A stretch of DNA of 59,686 nucleotides from an uncultured Candidatus Peribacteria bacterium (GTDB lineage Bacteria > Patescibacteriota > Gracilibacteria > Peribacterales > Peribacteraceae), in assembly GCA_964563915.1 (NCBI GenBank), contig CAZLYW010000002.1:1-59686 (forward strand), read 5' to 3'. A program made the position numbers and the translations under genes. Shown here in pieces: positions 15,826-24,807 of the stretch; position 1 is the first letter of the stretch; each line of letters starts with the position of its first letter. The notes beneath the pieces were generated by a model, which was given only the letters and a program-made list of their open reading frames with translations, was not told the DNA's origin and did not search any database.

Positions 15826-16431
15826 ATGATTCTCTCTGACCGCGACATCAAACGGGCGCTTGCGACAGGGCGTGTGAAGGTCGATTTTCCTGGAGGAGCT
15901 GCCCATGCGACGAAGTATGCTGAACACATTCACGCCAGCAGCATGGATTTTCACCTCGGCAACTCTTTCAAGCTGTACGAGCACAGCAAATTCGCGGTCA
16001 TCGATCCGCGGCGCCCCGAAACGTTCCAGGGGCACATGCGGATGATCACGATCGAGGACGGCGATCCGTACATGGTGCAGCCGGGGGAGTTCGTTCTCGG
16101 CGTCACGCAGGAGATCCTCACGGTCCCCGACGATCTCGTCGCGCGCGTCGAGGGTCGCTCGAGCCTCGGACGGCTGGGCATCATCGTCCACTCGACCGCG
16201 GGCTTCGTCGATCCCGGCTTCTCGGGAACGATCACGCTCGAGATCAGCAACTTGAACCGCATGCCGATCGCGCTCTACCCGGGCATGCGCATTTGCCAAA
16301 TCGCCTTCGAGCAGATGAGCAGCCCCGCGGACACTCCCTATCATGCTAAGCCATTCAGCAAGTATCAGGGACAGATCCTGCCGGAGGAGAGCAGACTGGA
16401 TGCAGATCCGGAGTTTGCGAAGAAGACGTAA
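15826..16431 (+). CDS. dcd: dCTP deaminase
   Basis: MILSDRDI start, ...SSMDFHLG..., VEGRSSLGRLGI..H.TAGFVDPGF.G..TLE. An alternative upstream start lies at 15805. Confidence 0.9.
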   Translation: MILSDRDIKRALATGRVKVDFPGGAAHATKYAEHIHASSMDFHLGNSFKLYEHSKFAVIDPRRPETFQGHMRMITIEDGDPYMVQPGEFVLGVTQEILTVPDDLVARVEGRSSLGRLGIIVHSTAGFVDPGFSGTITLEISNLNRMPIALYPGMRICQIAFEQMSSPADTPYHAKPFSKYQGQILPEESRLDADPEFAKKT

Positions 16432-16435
16432 GAAT

Positions 16436-16465
16436 GAAGATGAAAGACAGAAGTCTTACATCTTC
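16436..16465. terminator. extended hairpin between convergent dcd and ydjC-family genes
   Basis: GAAGATG-a-AAGAC-agaa-GTCTT-a-CATCTTC forms a 7+5 bp stem. It overlaps the stop codon of the minus-strand gene. There is no clear U tract. Confidence 0.5.
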
Positions 16466-17298
16466 GCATACGAGATCAGTTCGATTTTCCGTTCCCTGAG
16501 GAGTCTGGGAACATCCGGATTCATCAGCATCTGCAGTTCCGTCTGCCGCTGCGGATCGAGATCAAAGTCCGAACCGATCGGCGTTTGGTTCCCGGGATGG
16601 ACCATCAGTTCCGTCGTGCCTTCGGGAAGTCTCGTCAGGATATGACGGAGATTCTTCTGCGAGGCATTCCCGACGAGCGTTGCTCCGCGGAAGTGATCGG
16701 TGGTGCGAATGCCGTGCGCCGCAATGAATGTCTGTGCAGTTCGAGCCTGCACTGCCAATGCCTGCACAGCTGCCAGTTGCTCCTCTCTGATCACATACCC
16801 GAACGGGGGGAGGGGATCTTCGGCGGGGATGCGCATCATGCCGATGCCGTAGCGGTCTAGAATCGGTATCAACAAGGGAGTGACGGCCGGATGGATGTGC
16901 ATGTGATGATGTCCGTCGACGTGCGTCGGCTGTCCATGGTGATCCAAGAACCATTCGATCTGCGCCCGAATTTCACGTTCGATGTGGACGGTGTCTATCT
17001 GTCCTTCCGTAAGCGCACGCTGTTGCTCATGTCGTTGCCTGAACTCTCCGGCGGTCGACTGGAGTAGCGACCCGATGTCCTGCGGTTTGCTGATGGGAGT
17101 GCCGTCTGTGAGATTCAAATGCAATCCGGCCGGCAGACCTTTCTCCCGTGCGTGTTTTGCCGCCTGCGTGGCGTCGCTGCCGTTGCAGATGAGTGTCGCG
17201 CTGGTGACGATGCCGAACTCGAAGCTCTGAAAAATTCCATGGGTACGTGATGCATTCATCCCCAAATCGTCGGCATTGATGATGAGGCGGCGGATCAT
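16456..17298 (-). CDS. ChbG/YdjC-family carbohydrate deacetylase
   Basis: LIINADDLGM......GI......G.VTS..L, HLNLT.G, VDGHHHMH are YdjC-family motifs. Confidence 0.85.
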   Translation of the reverse strand: MIRRLIINADDLGMNASRTHGIFQSFEFGIVTSATLICNGSDATQAAKHAREKGLPAGLHLNLTDGTPISKPQDIGSLLQSTAGEFRQRHEQQRALTEGQIDTVHIEREIRAQIEWFLDHHGQPTHVDGHHHMHIHPAVTPLLIPILDRYGIGMMRIPAEDPLPPFGYVIREEQLAAVQALAVQARTAQTFIAAHGIRTTDHFRGATLVGNASQKNLRHILTRLPEGTTELMVHPGNQTPIGSDFDLDPQRQTELQMLMNPDVPRLLRERKIELISYAKM

Positions 17299-17528
17299 TT
17301 GCGTAACATCTTCTGAAGATCGTCTGCGGTCAGCTCAAGATCGTTCAAAGTGCTCTTCAATAGCCCCGTACCCAAGTCTTCATTTCCGTGGATAGGAATG
17401 ACCGTGCTGCATTCTCCATTCACACTCTCGACGAAGACGTGACTGCCTTTTTTTCGAAGAGCGACGTAGCCGTGCTTGATGAGAACTTTGAGCAATTTCT
17501 TCCCGGAGAGAACAGGAAGAGTAGTCAT
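17295..17528 (-). CDS. hicA: HicA mRNA interferase toxin
   Basis: 77 aa; LSGKKLLKVLIKHGY...RKKGSHVF......TVIPIHGNEDLGTGLLKS is the HicA pattern. Directly downstream of hicB. Confidence 0.85.
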   Translation of the reverse strand: MTTLPVLSGKKLLKVLIKHGYVALRKKGSHVFVESVNGECSTVIPIHGNEDLGTGLLKSTLNDLELTADDLQKMLRK

Positions 17529-17531
17529 GTC

Positions 17532-17756
17532 TTACAGATGTACTTCCATCTGCTCGATCGCGATGAATTTTTCCTGCGGAATGTCCTGTTTCTTTGATTT
17601 TTCAACTTCTACGCAGAGCTCTATGGCTTCCTGTAAACGCTTGTGCAGCACGGGCAAGGACTTTGCCTGCGTATGACAGCCGCGCAGCGTAGGAACGTGA
17701 GCGACGTACGTCCCATCAGCATCTTGGGTGATCACGACAGAGAAGTAATAGGTCAT
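17532..17756 (-). CDS. hicB: HicB antitoxin
   Basis: YYFSVVITQDADGTYVAHVPTLRGCHTQAKSL...L.EAIELCVE (HicB/UPF0150 fold). ATG at 17756 inside ORF 17532-17855. Confidence 0.8.
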   Translation of the reverse strand: MTYYFSVVITQDADGTYVAHVPTLRGCHTQAKSLPVLHKRLQEAIELCVEVEKSKKQDIPQEKFIAIEQMEVHL

Positions 17757-17865
17757 GTGTCTATTGTACAGAAATAAGAGGTAAACGTACACTGGTTTCC
17801 TCCGAATTCGGGCAATTGTTCGCCTCAAGCGGATGGTTAGAGTCCCATGCGTCATTTACATTCTC

Positions 17866-17942
17866 GGGCAATTAGCTCAGCCGGTTAGAGCGTTCGATTC
17901 ACATTCGAAAGGTCACTGGTTCGAATCCAGTATTGCCCACCA
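17866..17942 (+). tRNA. tRNA-Val (anticodon CAC), CCA encoded
   Basis: Cloverleaf read by hand: acceptor GGGCAAT/ATTGCCC, D arm GCTC/GAGC, anticodon stem TTCGA/TCGAA with loop TTCACAT, T arm ACTGG-TTCGAAT-CCAGT, discriminator A, CCA. Confidence 0.95.
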
Positions 17943-18070
17943 CCCGGCTCCGTTGATTCGCAACTTCGCCGCGGTTCAGATGAAGCATTGCCCACTATTC
18001 GTCAATATCTTTCCATGGAAAACCATTCCCGTCTGTTCTACGCTGAGGACCGTCTCCTTCCCCACTGTTC

Positions 18071-18349
18071 ATGATGTACTCTCTTTCCACGATGCAGGGC
18101 GGTTACGGCATCTTCCTGCTCCTCCGGGGGCTCTTCAACGTCTTCACCGTGATTGGCGTCCTGTTCCTCGTGGTCTGGGCCATCAAGCATCTCCCGGCGC
18201 AGAAGTTGAAGGAAGTCGGCTTGTGGTTGCTGGCCGTCGGTGTTGTCGGCACGCTCCTCCTCACATCACTCGCGATCTCCGCTCGGATGGAACTCGGCGG
18301 CGATGGCATGATGAAGAAGGCGGGGATGATGTGGGATGACGACCGGTAG
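18071..18349 (+). CDS. small membrane protein (2 TM)
   Basis: 92 aa with two hydrophobic helices (IFLLLRGLFNVFTVIGVLFLVVWAI and LWLLAVGVVGTLLLTSLAI). No homology recognised. Confidence 0.5.
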   Translation: MMYSLSTMQGGYGIFLLLRGLFNVFTVIGVLFLVVWAIKHLPAQKLKEVGLWLLAVGVVGTLLLTSLAISARMELGGDGMMKKAGMMWDDDR

Positions 18350-18374
18350 GCGGCCGATCGTTTCGATCATTCAC

Positions 18375-19262
18375 TCATCGCGAACGTGTCGACCCAGAGC
18401 TCTTCGCACTGCGTGATGAGGTTTTCTGCTTCTTCACGGTTGAGCGGCCAGATGCGCCGATACTCTTGCGTTCCCGTTCCTGCGCTTTGCGTTCTGCTGT
18501 CTTCACTGTTTGCTCGGCACTCTTGGCGATGGCGTCGGCGGTCTTCAAGACTTCTTTCTGTGCGATGGTGAGAACCTGCTGGCTCTTCTCGAGCTGATCC
18601 AGGAGAGACGTGGTGTCCTCATCGAGGAGAGCTCCATCGATCGCCTCCGCAATGTTCTCCAGCAACGAGACGTACCGCTCTTGCGCGAGTTGGATGGTGT
18701 TCGATGGCGTCGTGCCGGGGATGCTGTCGCTGACTGGGCCGCTGAATTTCACATCACTGACTGCGAGGGAGAGATCGTCGCCCACAGCGTAGAGCTCCGT
18801 CCATGCATCGTCGACCTCTCCGTACTCATCCTCAATGTACCCGCGTTCATCGCCCGCGAGCGTCTCGCTGGAGGCTTGCACGGCAAGTTCGCGCATGCGT
18901 TTGAGGATGTTCGCTATCTCGTTCGCGGATGCATCCGCTGTCTGTATCAGCGAGATTGCGTCATTGGTATTCCTCATTGCCTGTCGGAGAGCACGAATCT
19001 CCGCATCCAGTGCCTGCGCAACGCCGAGACCAGCCGCATCATCTGCGGCTGTGTTGATTCGGAGTCCGTTCGAGATTCGCTCGAAGACGCTACTGAGCGC
19101 CTGCTGCGTCGCGTTCAATTTGTTCTGCGCGTTGATGGCCTGCGTGTTCGTGTTGACGACGAGCGCCGCGCGAAAAACCTGGAAGTGCACGGCGGCTCCG
19201 ATGAACGTCGTGAGGAGAGCACCGCTGATGATGAGGATGTGTTTGCGTGTGAGCGTAGGCAT
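18375..19262 (-). CDS. membrane-anchored flagellin N-terminal-domain protein (no flagellin C domain)
   Basis: Residues ~35-150 (NTNTQAINAQNKLNATQQALSSVFERISNGLRINTAADDAAGLGVAQALDAEIRALRQAMRNTNDAISLIQTADASANEIANILKRMRELAVQA) match the flagellin D0/D1 N-domain almost motif for motif. A TM helix (ILIISGALLTTFIGAAV) precedes this region. The C-terminus is helical and basic and lacks the flagellin C-terminal signature. Confidence 0.8.
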   Translation of the reverse strand: MPTLTRKHILIISGALLTTFIGAAVHFQVFRAALVVNTNTQAINAQNKLNATQQALSSVFERISNGLRINTAADDAAGLGVAQALDAEIRALRQAMRNTNDAISLIQTADASANEIANILKRMRELAVQASSETLAGDERGYIEDEYGEVDDAWTELYAVGDDLSLAVSDVKFSGPVSDSIPGTTPSNTIQLAQERYVSLLENIAEAIDGALLDEDTTSLLDQLEKSQQVLTIAQKEVLKTADAIAKSAEQTVKTAERKAQERERKSIGASGRSTVKKQKTSSRSAKSSGSTRSR

Positions 19263-19276
19263 ACTGATATTATATA

Positions 19277-20260
19277 CTATTTTTTAATTTCAGGCAAATC
19301 ACAGACCACCTGCAAAGGGCGAACCTGATGATCCAGAACCTTTCCTTGTATCCACTGGTCGATGCTGCGGAAGCAATCGTTGAACATCGTGCGCATGCTG
19401 TCGTCGGCGTAGAAGGCGATGTGCGGGGTGGTGACGACATGCGGGTGGCTGACGAGCTCCTTGTTCTCTTCGAAGTTCTGCTCGTGCTCCAGGACGTCGA
19501 GGAGCGCCCAGTGGAGTGTGCCCTTCTTCAGTGCGGCGAGGAGCGCGTGAGAATCGATTAATGATCCCCGGGCCGTGTTCACGAGCACGGCTCCCGGCTT
19601 CATCAGCGTGAATGCTTTTGCATCGATGATGTGCTCGGTTTCCTTCGTTCCGGGGATGTGGAGCGTCACGATGTCGCTCTCTTTGAGGAGTTCGGGGATG
19701 GTCACGTACCGAACACCCAGGAGATCTTCAATTTCCGTATTGCGACACTGGTCCACTGCGAGGATCTTCATCCCGAAGCCGTGCGCGATCCTCGCGACTT
19801 TCCGGCCGATCTTCCCCGTCCCGACGATGCCGATCGTCCTCCCGCGCAGGGCCATGCCACGGAGTCCGTGGTAATCGAAGGTGCCGCTCCGCACCTTCGC
19901 ATCACCTGCATGAACGTGTCGGATCGTCGCAAGGAGCAATGCAAACACGTGCTCGGCGATCACATGCGAGCCGTAGTCGGGAACATTGCTCACCAGAACG
20001 CCGCGCTCTATACAGGCCTCGAGGTCGATGTGGTCGTACCCGACCGAGCGCGTCGCGATCAGTTTCACCTTCGGCAGCTTCTCGATCACCGCGCGAGTGA
20101 ACTGCGTTGTGATGAACGGGGAGATGATCTCCGTGTCACGGCAGGCCTGAATCAACTCTGCCCCAGAGATCTTTCCCTCTGCGAACGTCGCGTCCGGAAA
20201 CTTCTCCAGCACCACCTTGCGATCCGAGGGCTCGACGTCGAGAAAGAGGAGGGAGGGCAT
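19277..20260 (-). CDS. D-isomer-specific 2-hydroxyacid dehydrogenase (D-lactate dehydrogenase-like)
   Basis: NAD fold GIVGTGKIGRKVA, ...LVNTARG..ID..AL...L, catalytic ...TPHIAF. ATG at 20260 (the track start at 20278 is TTG). Confidence 0.9.
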   Translation of the reverse strand: MPSLLFLDVEPSDRKVVLEKFPDATFAEGKISGAELIQACRDTEIISPFITTQFTRAVIEKLPKVKLIATRSVGYDHIDLEACIERGVLVSNVPDYGSHVIAEHVFALLLATIRHVHAGDAKVRSGTFDYHGLRGMALRGRTIGIVGTGKIGRKVARIAHGFGMKILAVDQCRNTEIEDLLGVRYVTIPELLKESDIVTLHIPGTKETEHIIDAKAFTLMKPGAVLVNTARGSLIDSHALLAALKKGTLHWALLDVLEHEQNFEENKELVSHPHVVTTPHIAFYADDSMRTMFNDCFRSIDQWIQGKVLDHQVRPLQVVCDLPEIKK

Positions 20261-20290
20261 GCGGGAAGTATAACGCAATACCCGTCATCG

Positions 20291-20842
20291 CTACGGCACC
20301 TCCGCGAACAAGTCATCATCGGAAATGGGCGAGCAATCAGCCTGCCATTGTTGAACGTCCGCAGCTTTCAGCCGCAACGAGAAGTACATCCTCGTCAGCG
20401 CCCCACCGGCATTCGGGAATGTGTCCAATAATCGCGTGAGGAGGACGACCAGCTTGCGCGTGTTCGCATCCGGCGGTTCCTTCCATCCCCGCGAGAATCT
20501 CGGTCCGAGAATTTGGAGGAGGTACGCCGGGAATTGCGGATCGCCGCGTTCGGGCCGCGGCATCGGGGATGCGCTTGGTGTCGGAGGTGCAAGTACGGAA
20601 ACTATAGGTGGAACGGTACTTGCGAGAGCATGGGGATTGTCTACATTGATTACGAGGGTGAAGTCATTCCTGTGCTCCCAGCAGTGAACGGTAGGAATAT
20701 CGATTCCGTACGCCGCGAGTGTTCTCTTCAGGTCACGCGTACCGCGTTTCTTATGCAGCTCGGCGAAGCGGACGACATTCTCCTTCTGCACTTCCGTGAA
20801 CTTCCTCCGTCTTCCCTCCTCCGTTTTGGGGAGCGTCCCCAT
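20291..20842 (-). CDS. hypothetical protein with an HTH-like N-terminus; possibly the frameshifted C-terminal part of the upstream ORF
   Basis: KFTEVQKENVVRFAELHKKRGTRDLKRTLAAYGIDIPTVHCW resembles IS3-OrfA-type HTH modules. This frame is already open from 20923, inside the 3' end of ORF 20728-22509. Confidence 0.5.
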   Translation of the reverse strand: MGTLPKTEEGRRRKFTEVQKENVVRFAELHKKRGTRDLKRTLAAYGIDIPTVHCWEHRNDFTLVINVDNPHALASTVPPIVSVLAPPTPSASPMPRPERGDPQFPAYLLQILGPRFSRGWKEPPDANTRKLVVLLTRLLDTFPNAGGALTRMYFSLRLKAADVQQWQADCSPISDDDLFAEVP

Positions 20843-22509
20843 GAATTGCAGGAGTCCGTCGTATTCACTCTGTTCTTGAACGGAGAGCGTCGATGGTGGT
20901 GCAGAGATGCGCCATCCTCCGAGTCATCGGCTGCTTGCTCCAGCTGGCGCCCGATTATCGTGTAGGGGCGATCTGCCGTGACCGGATCCTGCGTGGCAGA
21001 CGCTATGCGAGGAAGGTGCGTCACGCAGTACTTGAACGTCGACAGTGCCATGTCGCCTCCGCGCTTCCTGACGATCTCTTCCATCAGACGTTCCTGCGTT
21101 CCCGATTCCGTCGCTTCGAGTACAGCGGTGAGAAAGTCGTGCAGCTCTCGGGCTGTCGGCGTACTCTTCAGCGTCGGCACCGTATCCTCCCACCGTTGGG
21201 CCGGCGCGCGGGTAACCGATACTCTCGGTTTGGCCGGGGGTTCGGAGACGGGCGTTACTGTCTTCCGCACCCCGTGATGCGCGGCGATGATGTAGAAGGG
21301 GTAGACGAATTCCCCGCCATTGCGTTCTCGTTCGGCATCGACGTTCTCGATCAGTCCCTCAATGTACGCTCTCCGCTGGTCCACCGGTACCTGGCTATGG
21401 ATCAGGGCGGCGAGATATGGGGATGATGCTGGAGTCGCTGCTCTCACGATCAGATTCGGTTCCAGCACGTGCGTCTCGAATCCTGTCTGGTGCAAGGTTG
21501 TTCTGTACTTCTGCAGAATCGGCTCGTGGTCCGCAGCATCGCGCGCCTTTGACTCCAGATCGAGCATGGACCTCCGCATGCGCTCGGGTTGCAGGAGGAG
21601 GAGCAACCCGTCGGGGGCCAACTGCTTCGAGCACCGGCGGATCAGTTCCCCGCAGTCTTGCTGCGAGAGGGTTCCTCTTCGCATGCCGTTGATGACGATG
21701 ATGTCGTGTGATCGTCTCGCACTCTCCGGGGGCAAGCACCCAGGCAGGACTCTCCAAGTGTCGCGCATCCTGCTCGTCGCCAACTGCTTCGCCGTACTCT
21801 CGCTTCCCGCGAGGACGGTGACCGTCGCGCAAGCGTGCTGGAGGGCATGAGCGAGGTCAAGCGTTTCGTCCCGGATCAGGAGATGTCGGTGCGCCGCAGT
21901 TCCACTCGTTCCCGCAAAATGCCGTCGAACGACGTTCACGACGTTCTGCCGCATGAGCGAGAGTGCCTTGTGCTCTAGCACTGCGGCGTATGTGTCCATG
22001 ATCGTATCCCAGGAGTCTTCGGATGGAACCGATTCGAGTCTCTGGCATTCTTCCAGCACCGATCGGTATGTCGCTCGGTCACCTTTTCCGAAGATTCTCT
22101 CGAAGATCGCAGCGGTGAGCTGCGGAGAACGGGGCAGGGGAGACCCCATCTCGGCGCAGAATTGGGAGAACTGCCGTTCAATCTCTCGTCGTTCGGGATG
22201 ATCTGCTAACTCGGGAATCCGCGCCAGCATGGTCTCCAGTTTGGAGGCTTTGCTCGCCGGGAGTTCAGAGATCCAGCGCAGGAACGGATCGTCGAACGGT
22301 GGAGGATTGGCGTCAAGATCCCACAGCGCGTCGACCGCTTCCGGGAGGGCGAGCGCTTCCGGTTCATCCCCCGTCATAGCCTGCAAGAGCTGCAGGTGTG
22401 TAACATCATTCGTTGTGACGACGGTTTCCCGCGCGGCCACGCCCGCATCGGATGGCGGCGCTTCGGGAACTGGCGGCTGGATATGGAGCAGACTGCGCAT
22501 GTGGGGCAT
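20728..22509 (-). CDS. hypothetical 593-aa protein with a degenerate class-I methyltransferase-like core
   Basis: HLLIRDETLDLAHAL...VTVLAGSES...HDIIVINGM...LIRRCSKQLAPDGLLLLL follows Rossmann-MTase spacing but lacks the Gly-rich SAM loop. The last ~55 aa are Arg/Ser/Cys-rich and look out of frame. Confidence 0.6.
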   Translation of the reverse strand: MPHMRSLLHIQPPVPEAPPSDAGVAARETVVTTNDVTHLQLLQAMTGDEPEALALPEAVDALWDLDANPPPFDDPFLRWISELPASKASKLETMLARIPELADHPERREIERQFSQFCAEMGSPLPRSPQLTAAIFERIFGKGDRATYRSVLEECQRLESVPSEDSWDTIMDTYAAVLEHKALSLMRQNVVNVVRRHFAGTSGTAAHRHLLIRDETLDLAHALQHACATVTVLAGSESTAKQLATSRMRDTWRVLPGCLPPESARRSHDIIVINGMRRGTLSQQDCGELIRRCSKQLAPDGLLLLLQPERMRRSMLDLESKARDAADHEPILQKYRTTLHQTGFETHVLEPNLIVRAATPASSPYLAALIHSQVPVDQRRAYIEGLIENVDAERERNGGEFVYPFYIIAAHHGVRKTVTPVSEPPAKPRVSVTRAPAQRWEDTVPTLKSTPTARELHDFLTAVLEATESGTQERLMEEIVRKRGGDMALSTFKYCVTHLPRIASATQDPVTADRPYTIIGRQLEQAADDSEDGASLHHHRRSPFKNRVNTTDSCNSWGRSPKRRREDGGSSRKCRRRMSSASPSCIRNAVRVT

Positions 22510-22516
22510 ATGCTTA

Positions 22517-24673
22517 TCAAATCAGCGGTTCTTCAAATTGTTCTTCAACTGCCGCCTGTTCCTCCTTGCTCGGCGGAGCGGCTGCAGCTTCATCCCACTT
22601 CCTCATGAACTCCTCCACCTCGGCCTTCGGGAGGCAGTACTTCTTCCGCGAGGCGGCGATGATTTCTCTGGTGAAGTCCTTCTCCACTTTGGGGACGTCC
22701 AGCGTGCGTCCCGAGAACGCTTCGCGTAGTTCACCGTTCACCGACATCTTGATGTAGAACTCGCGGACGCCCAGGTTGATGATGTCGCGCTCCTTGAAAG
22801 TGGGCGTGTACTCCTCGGCTAGGATTACCGCGTCCTCGGCGCCGACGCGGAAGTTGATGATGGAACCGACGTTGCCGAAGACGGTTTTGCGGACGACGTC
22901 CGAAAGCTGGCCCATGTACTGGTGCGCGAGCGTCATATTCAGCTTGTACTTGCGGGCTTCCGAGAGGATTTCGGCGAAGGTGTCCGTCGCGAAAATCTGG
23001 AACTCGTCGACGTAGAAGTAGAAGTCTGTTCGTTTCTCTTCGGGGGTATCTGCCCTGCTCATCGCTGCCTGGTACAGTTTCGTGATGAACATCGATCCGA
23101 TCAAAGACGAGTTCTCCTCCCCCAGCAGCCCCTTGGAGACTTTCATCAGCATGATCTTCTTCTTGTCCATGATCTCGCGGATGTCGAATTTCGTCTTCGG
23201 CTGGCCGATGATGTTCCTAATCATATTCGTCGCGACGAACTGACCGACTTTGTTGAGCAGAGGGGTGATCGCGTCGGCATCGAACTTCTCGCTCCACGCA
23301 GCGAACTCCGCGACCCAGAAGTTCTTCACCACGGAGTCCTGGATCCGCGCGACGATCTTCTGTCGATAATTCTTGTCCGTGAGCATCTTCAGGATGCTCA
23401 AGACCGTCGTATTCGGACTATCGAGGAGAGCGAGCGTCGTGTAGCGCAGAACGTGTTCGAGACGATCGGACCAGTTATTCCCGAAGAGCTTCTTGAAGAT
23501 CTGGAGGAAGCCGAGCGTCACCTGCATCTTGAACGCGTCATCAACTTTTTCGAGCGGGTTGAATGCGATGGGGAATTCCGTATCACCCGGATCGAGCAGG
23601 ATCACGTCGTCGATGCGGTTCTCGGGGATATACCGCAGAATCGCATCGACCAGGTCACCGTGCGGATCGAGGACGGCGATGCCTTCCCCGTTCTTCAGGT
23701 CTTCGTTGATGAGCAGTTCCAGCAATTTGCTCTTGCCCGCGCCGGATTTCCCGACGGTGTAGAGGTGACGTCGGCGATCGCTCCGGCGAATCCCGAACGA
23801 CACGAAATTGTTGTGGTAGTTCGTCAATCCGAACGCGCTGACCTCCTTCTCCCCCTGCTTCGGCAGGTCCTGCGGCGGATCGGATTTGCGTGCGAGGACG
23901 TGGACGATGTGCGGGACAGAGTCGGCGTTGGGAAAGTGGTACAGCGTCGCAACTTCCTTGGCGTTCAGGACAAAGGGAGTCGCGTGTATGCGCGCGCGGT
24001 AGCTCGCGATGAATTTGGTGGTGTTCTGCACGTGGTGCCCGTGCATCTCGTTGATGTCTTTCTCGTTGAACTGCGAAAAACTCGCAACCACCGCGTCCAA
24101 GTGACGGCCGGCCGTCGCGGTATCCTTGGCGACGTAGGCGCAGCGGATGCTGACGCGGAACGGTTTTATCGTGGCCTTCTCTGCGGCTTTCTCATGTCGC
24201 CGGTGGCCGACGCCCTTTCGGCCGCCCTCACGCAGTCGATCACGCACCGAGAAGAAGTGCCCGACGTCCGCGCGCCGCCGCCGCCAGTTTCTCAAGTAAT
24301 GGAACGCGCCCGTATCGTTCTGCGGTTCCGAGATGATCTGCACCCACACTTGGTCATCGCGTCCGATTTTCGAGATGACGGAGAAGAGGCGCGACCCACT
24401 GTCCTCCTCAAACACATCGTACGTCTTGATCGGATAGATGTCACTGTGGTGCAGCGAGACTTCTGCGCCGGCGAGTGTCTGCTTCGATGGATCGAAGTTC
24501 AGTGTGTAATCCTTCATCTCCTTCACTTCGGCGTCGGGAAAAGTCGCGTAGATCAACCCTTCCACCGTTTCGTACAAGTTTTCCTCCAGAACGATGAAGA
24601 AGTACGTGTACTGGGCGTAGCCGTAGAATTCGAGCGATACGCGCTTGCCCGTGAAGGTGTTCCACAGATTCAC
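22517..24673 (-). CDS. T4SS coupling-protein-like P-loop ATPase, paralog 2
   Basis: HLYTVGKSGAGKSKL, DPHGDLVDAIL, FYFYVDEFQIFAT and ILSEARKYKLNMTLAHQY are present. It aligns over its whole length with 4198-6984. GTG start. Confidence 0.85.
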   Translation of the reverse strand: MNLWNTFTGKRVSLEFYGYAQYTYFFIVLEENLYETVEGLIYATFPDAEVKEMKDYTLNFDPSKQTLAGAEVSLHHSDIYPIKTYDVFEEDSGSRLFSVISKIGRDDQVWVQIISEPQNDTGAFHYLRNWRRRRADVGHFFSVRDRLREGGRKGVGHRRHEKAAEKATIKPFRVSIRCAYVAKDTATAGRHLDAVVASFSQFNEKDINEMHGHHVQNTTKFIASYRARIHATPFVLNAKEVATLYHFPNADSVPHIVHVLARKSDPPQDLPKQGEKEVSAFGLTNYHNNFVSFGIRRSDRRRHLYTVGKSGAGKSKLLELLINEDLKNGEGIAVLDPHGDLVDAILRYIPENRIDDVILLDPGDTEFPIAFNPLEKVDDAFKMQVTLGFLQIFKKLFGNNWSDRLEHVLRYTTLALLDSPNTTVLSILKMLTDKNYRQKIVARIQDSVVKNFWVAEFAAWSEKFDADAITPLLNKVGQFVATNMIRNIIGQPKTKFDIREIMDKKKIMLMKVSKGLLGEENSSLIGSMFITKLYQAAMSRADTPEEKRTDFYFYVDEFQIFATDTFAEILSEARKYKLNMTLAHQYMGQLSDVVRKTVFGNVGSIINFRVGAEDAVILAEEYTPTFKERDIINLGVREFYIKMSVNGELREAFSGRTLDVPKVEKDFTREIIAASRKKYCLPKAEVEEFMRKWDEAAAAPPSKEEQAAVEEQFEEPLI

Positions 24674-24807
24674 GAGGAGCTCCTGGAACTTCGATTCGAG
24701 CTTCTTGTCCCCCCCTCAGTTCCCTGCGGGATGACGATGTGCATGAAGCGGAGGCTCTGCGCCATGTGCCCTATTGTGCCGGAAAATGGCTTCAAGTAAA
24801 TGGAAAA

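Noticed and set aside
17810-17842. GGGCAATT...GGTTAGAG, resembling the 5' half of the adjacent tRNA-Val, as an att-site remnant linked to hicAB.
   Set aside because: Only two short words match and they lie between hicB and the tRNA, so they do not flank the cassette. Integrases usually duplicate tRNA 3' ends. This is too weak to call.
18375-19262. Calling the flagellin-like ORF fliC and inferring motility.
   Set aside because: It has an N-terminal TM anchor and no flagellin C-domain, and no other flagellar, motor or chemotaxis gene occurs in the window.
22922-24799. Very long plus-strand ORF (625 aa). Similar long ORFs occur at 3161-4009, 5335-6501, 11453-12406, 29235-30470, 45069-46295, 55289-56521 and 56922-58334.
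   Set aside because: Each lies antisense to, or out of frame with, a gene showing strong homology. Their products are Arg/Asp/His/Val- or Arg/Ser/Pro-rich, as is typical of shadow ORFs in GC-rich DNA. None has a recognisable motif.
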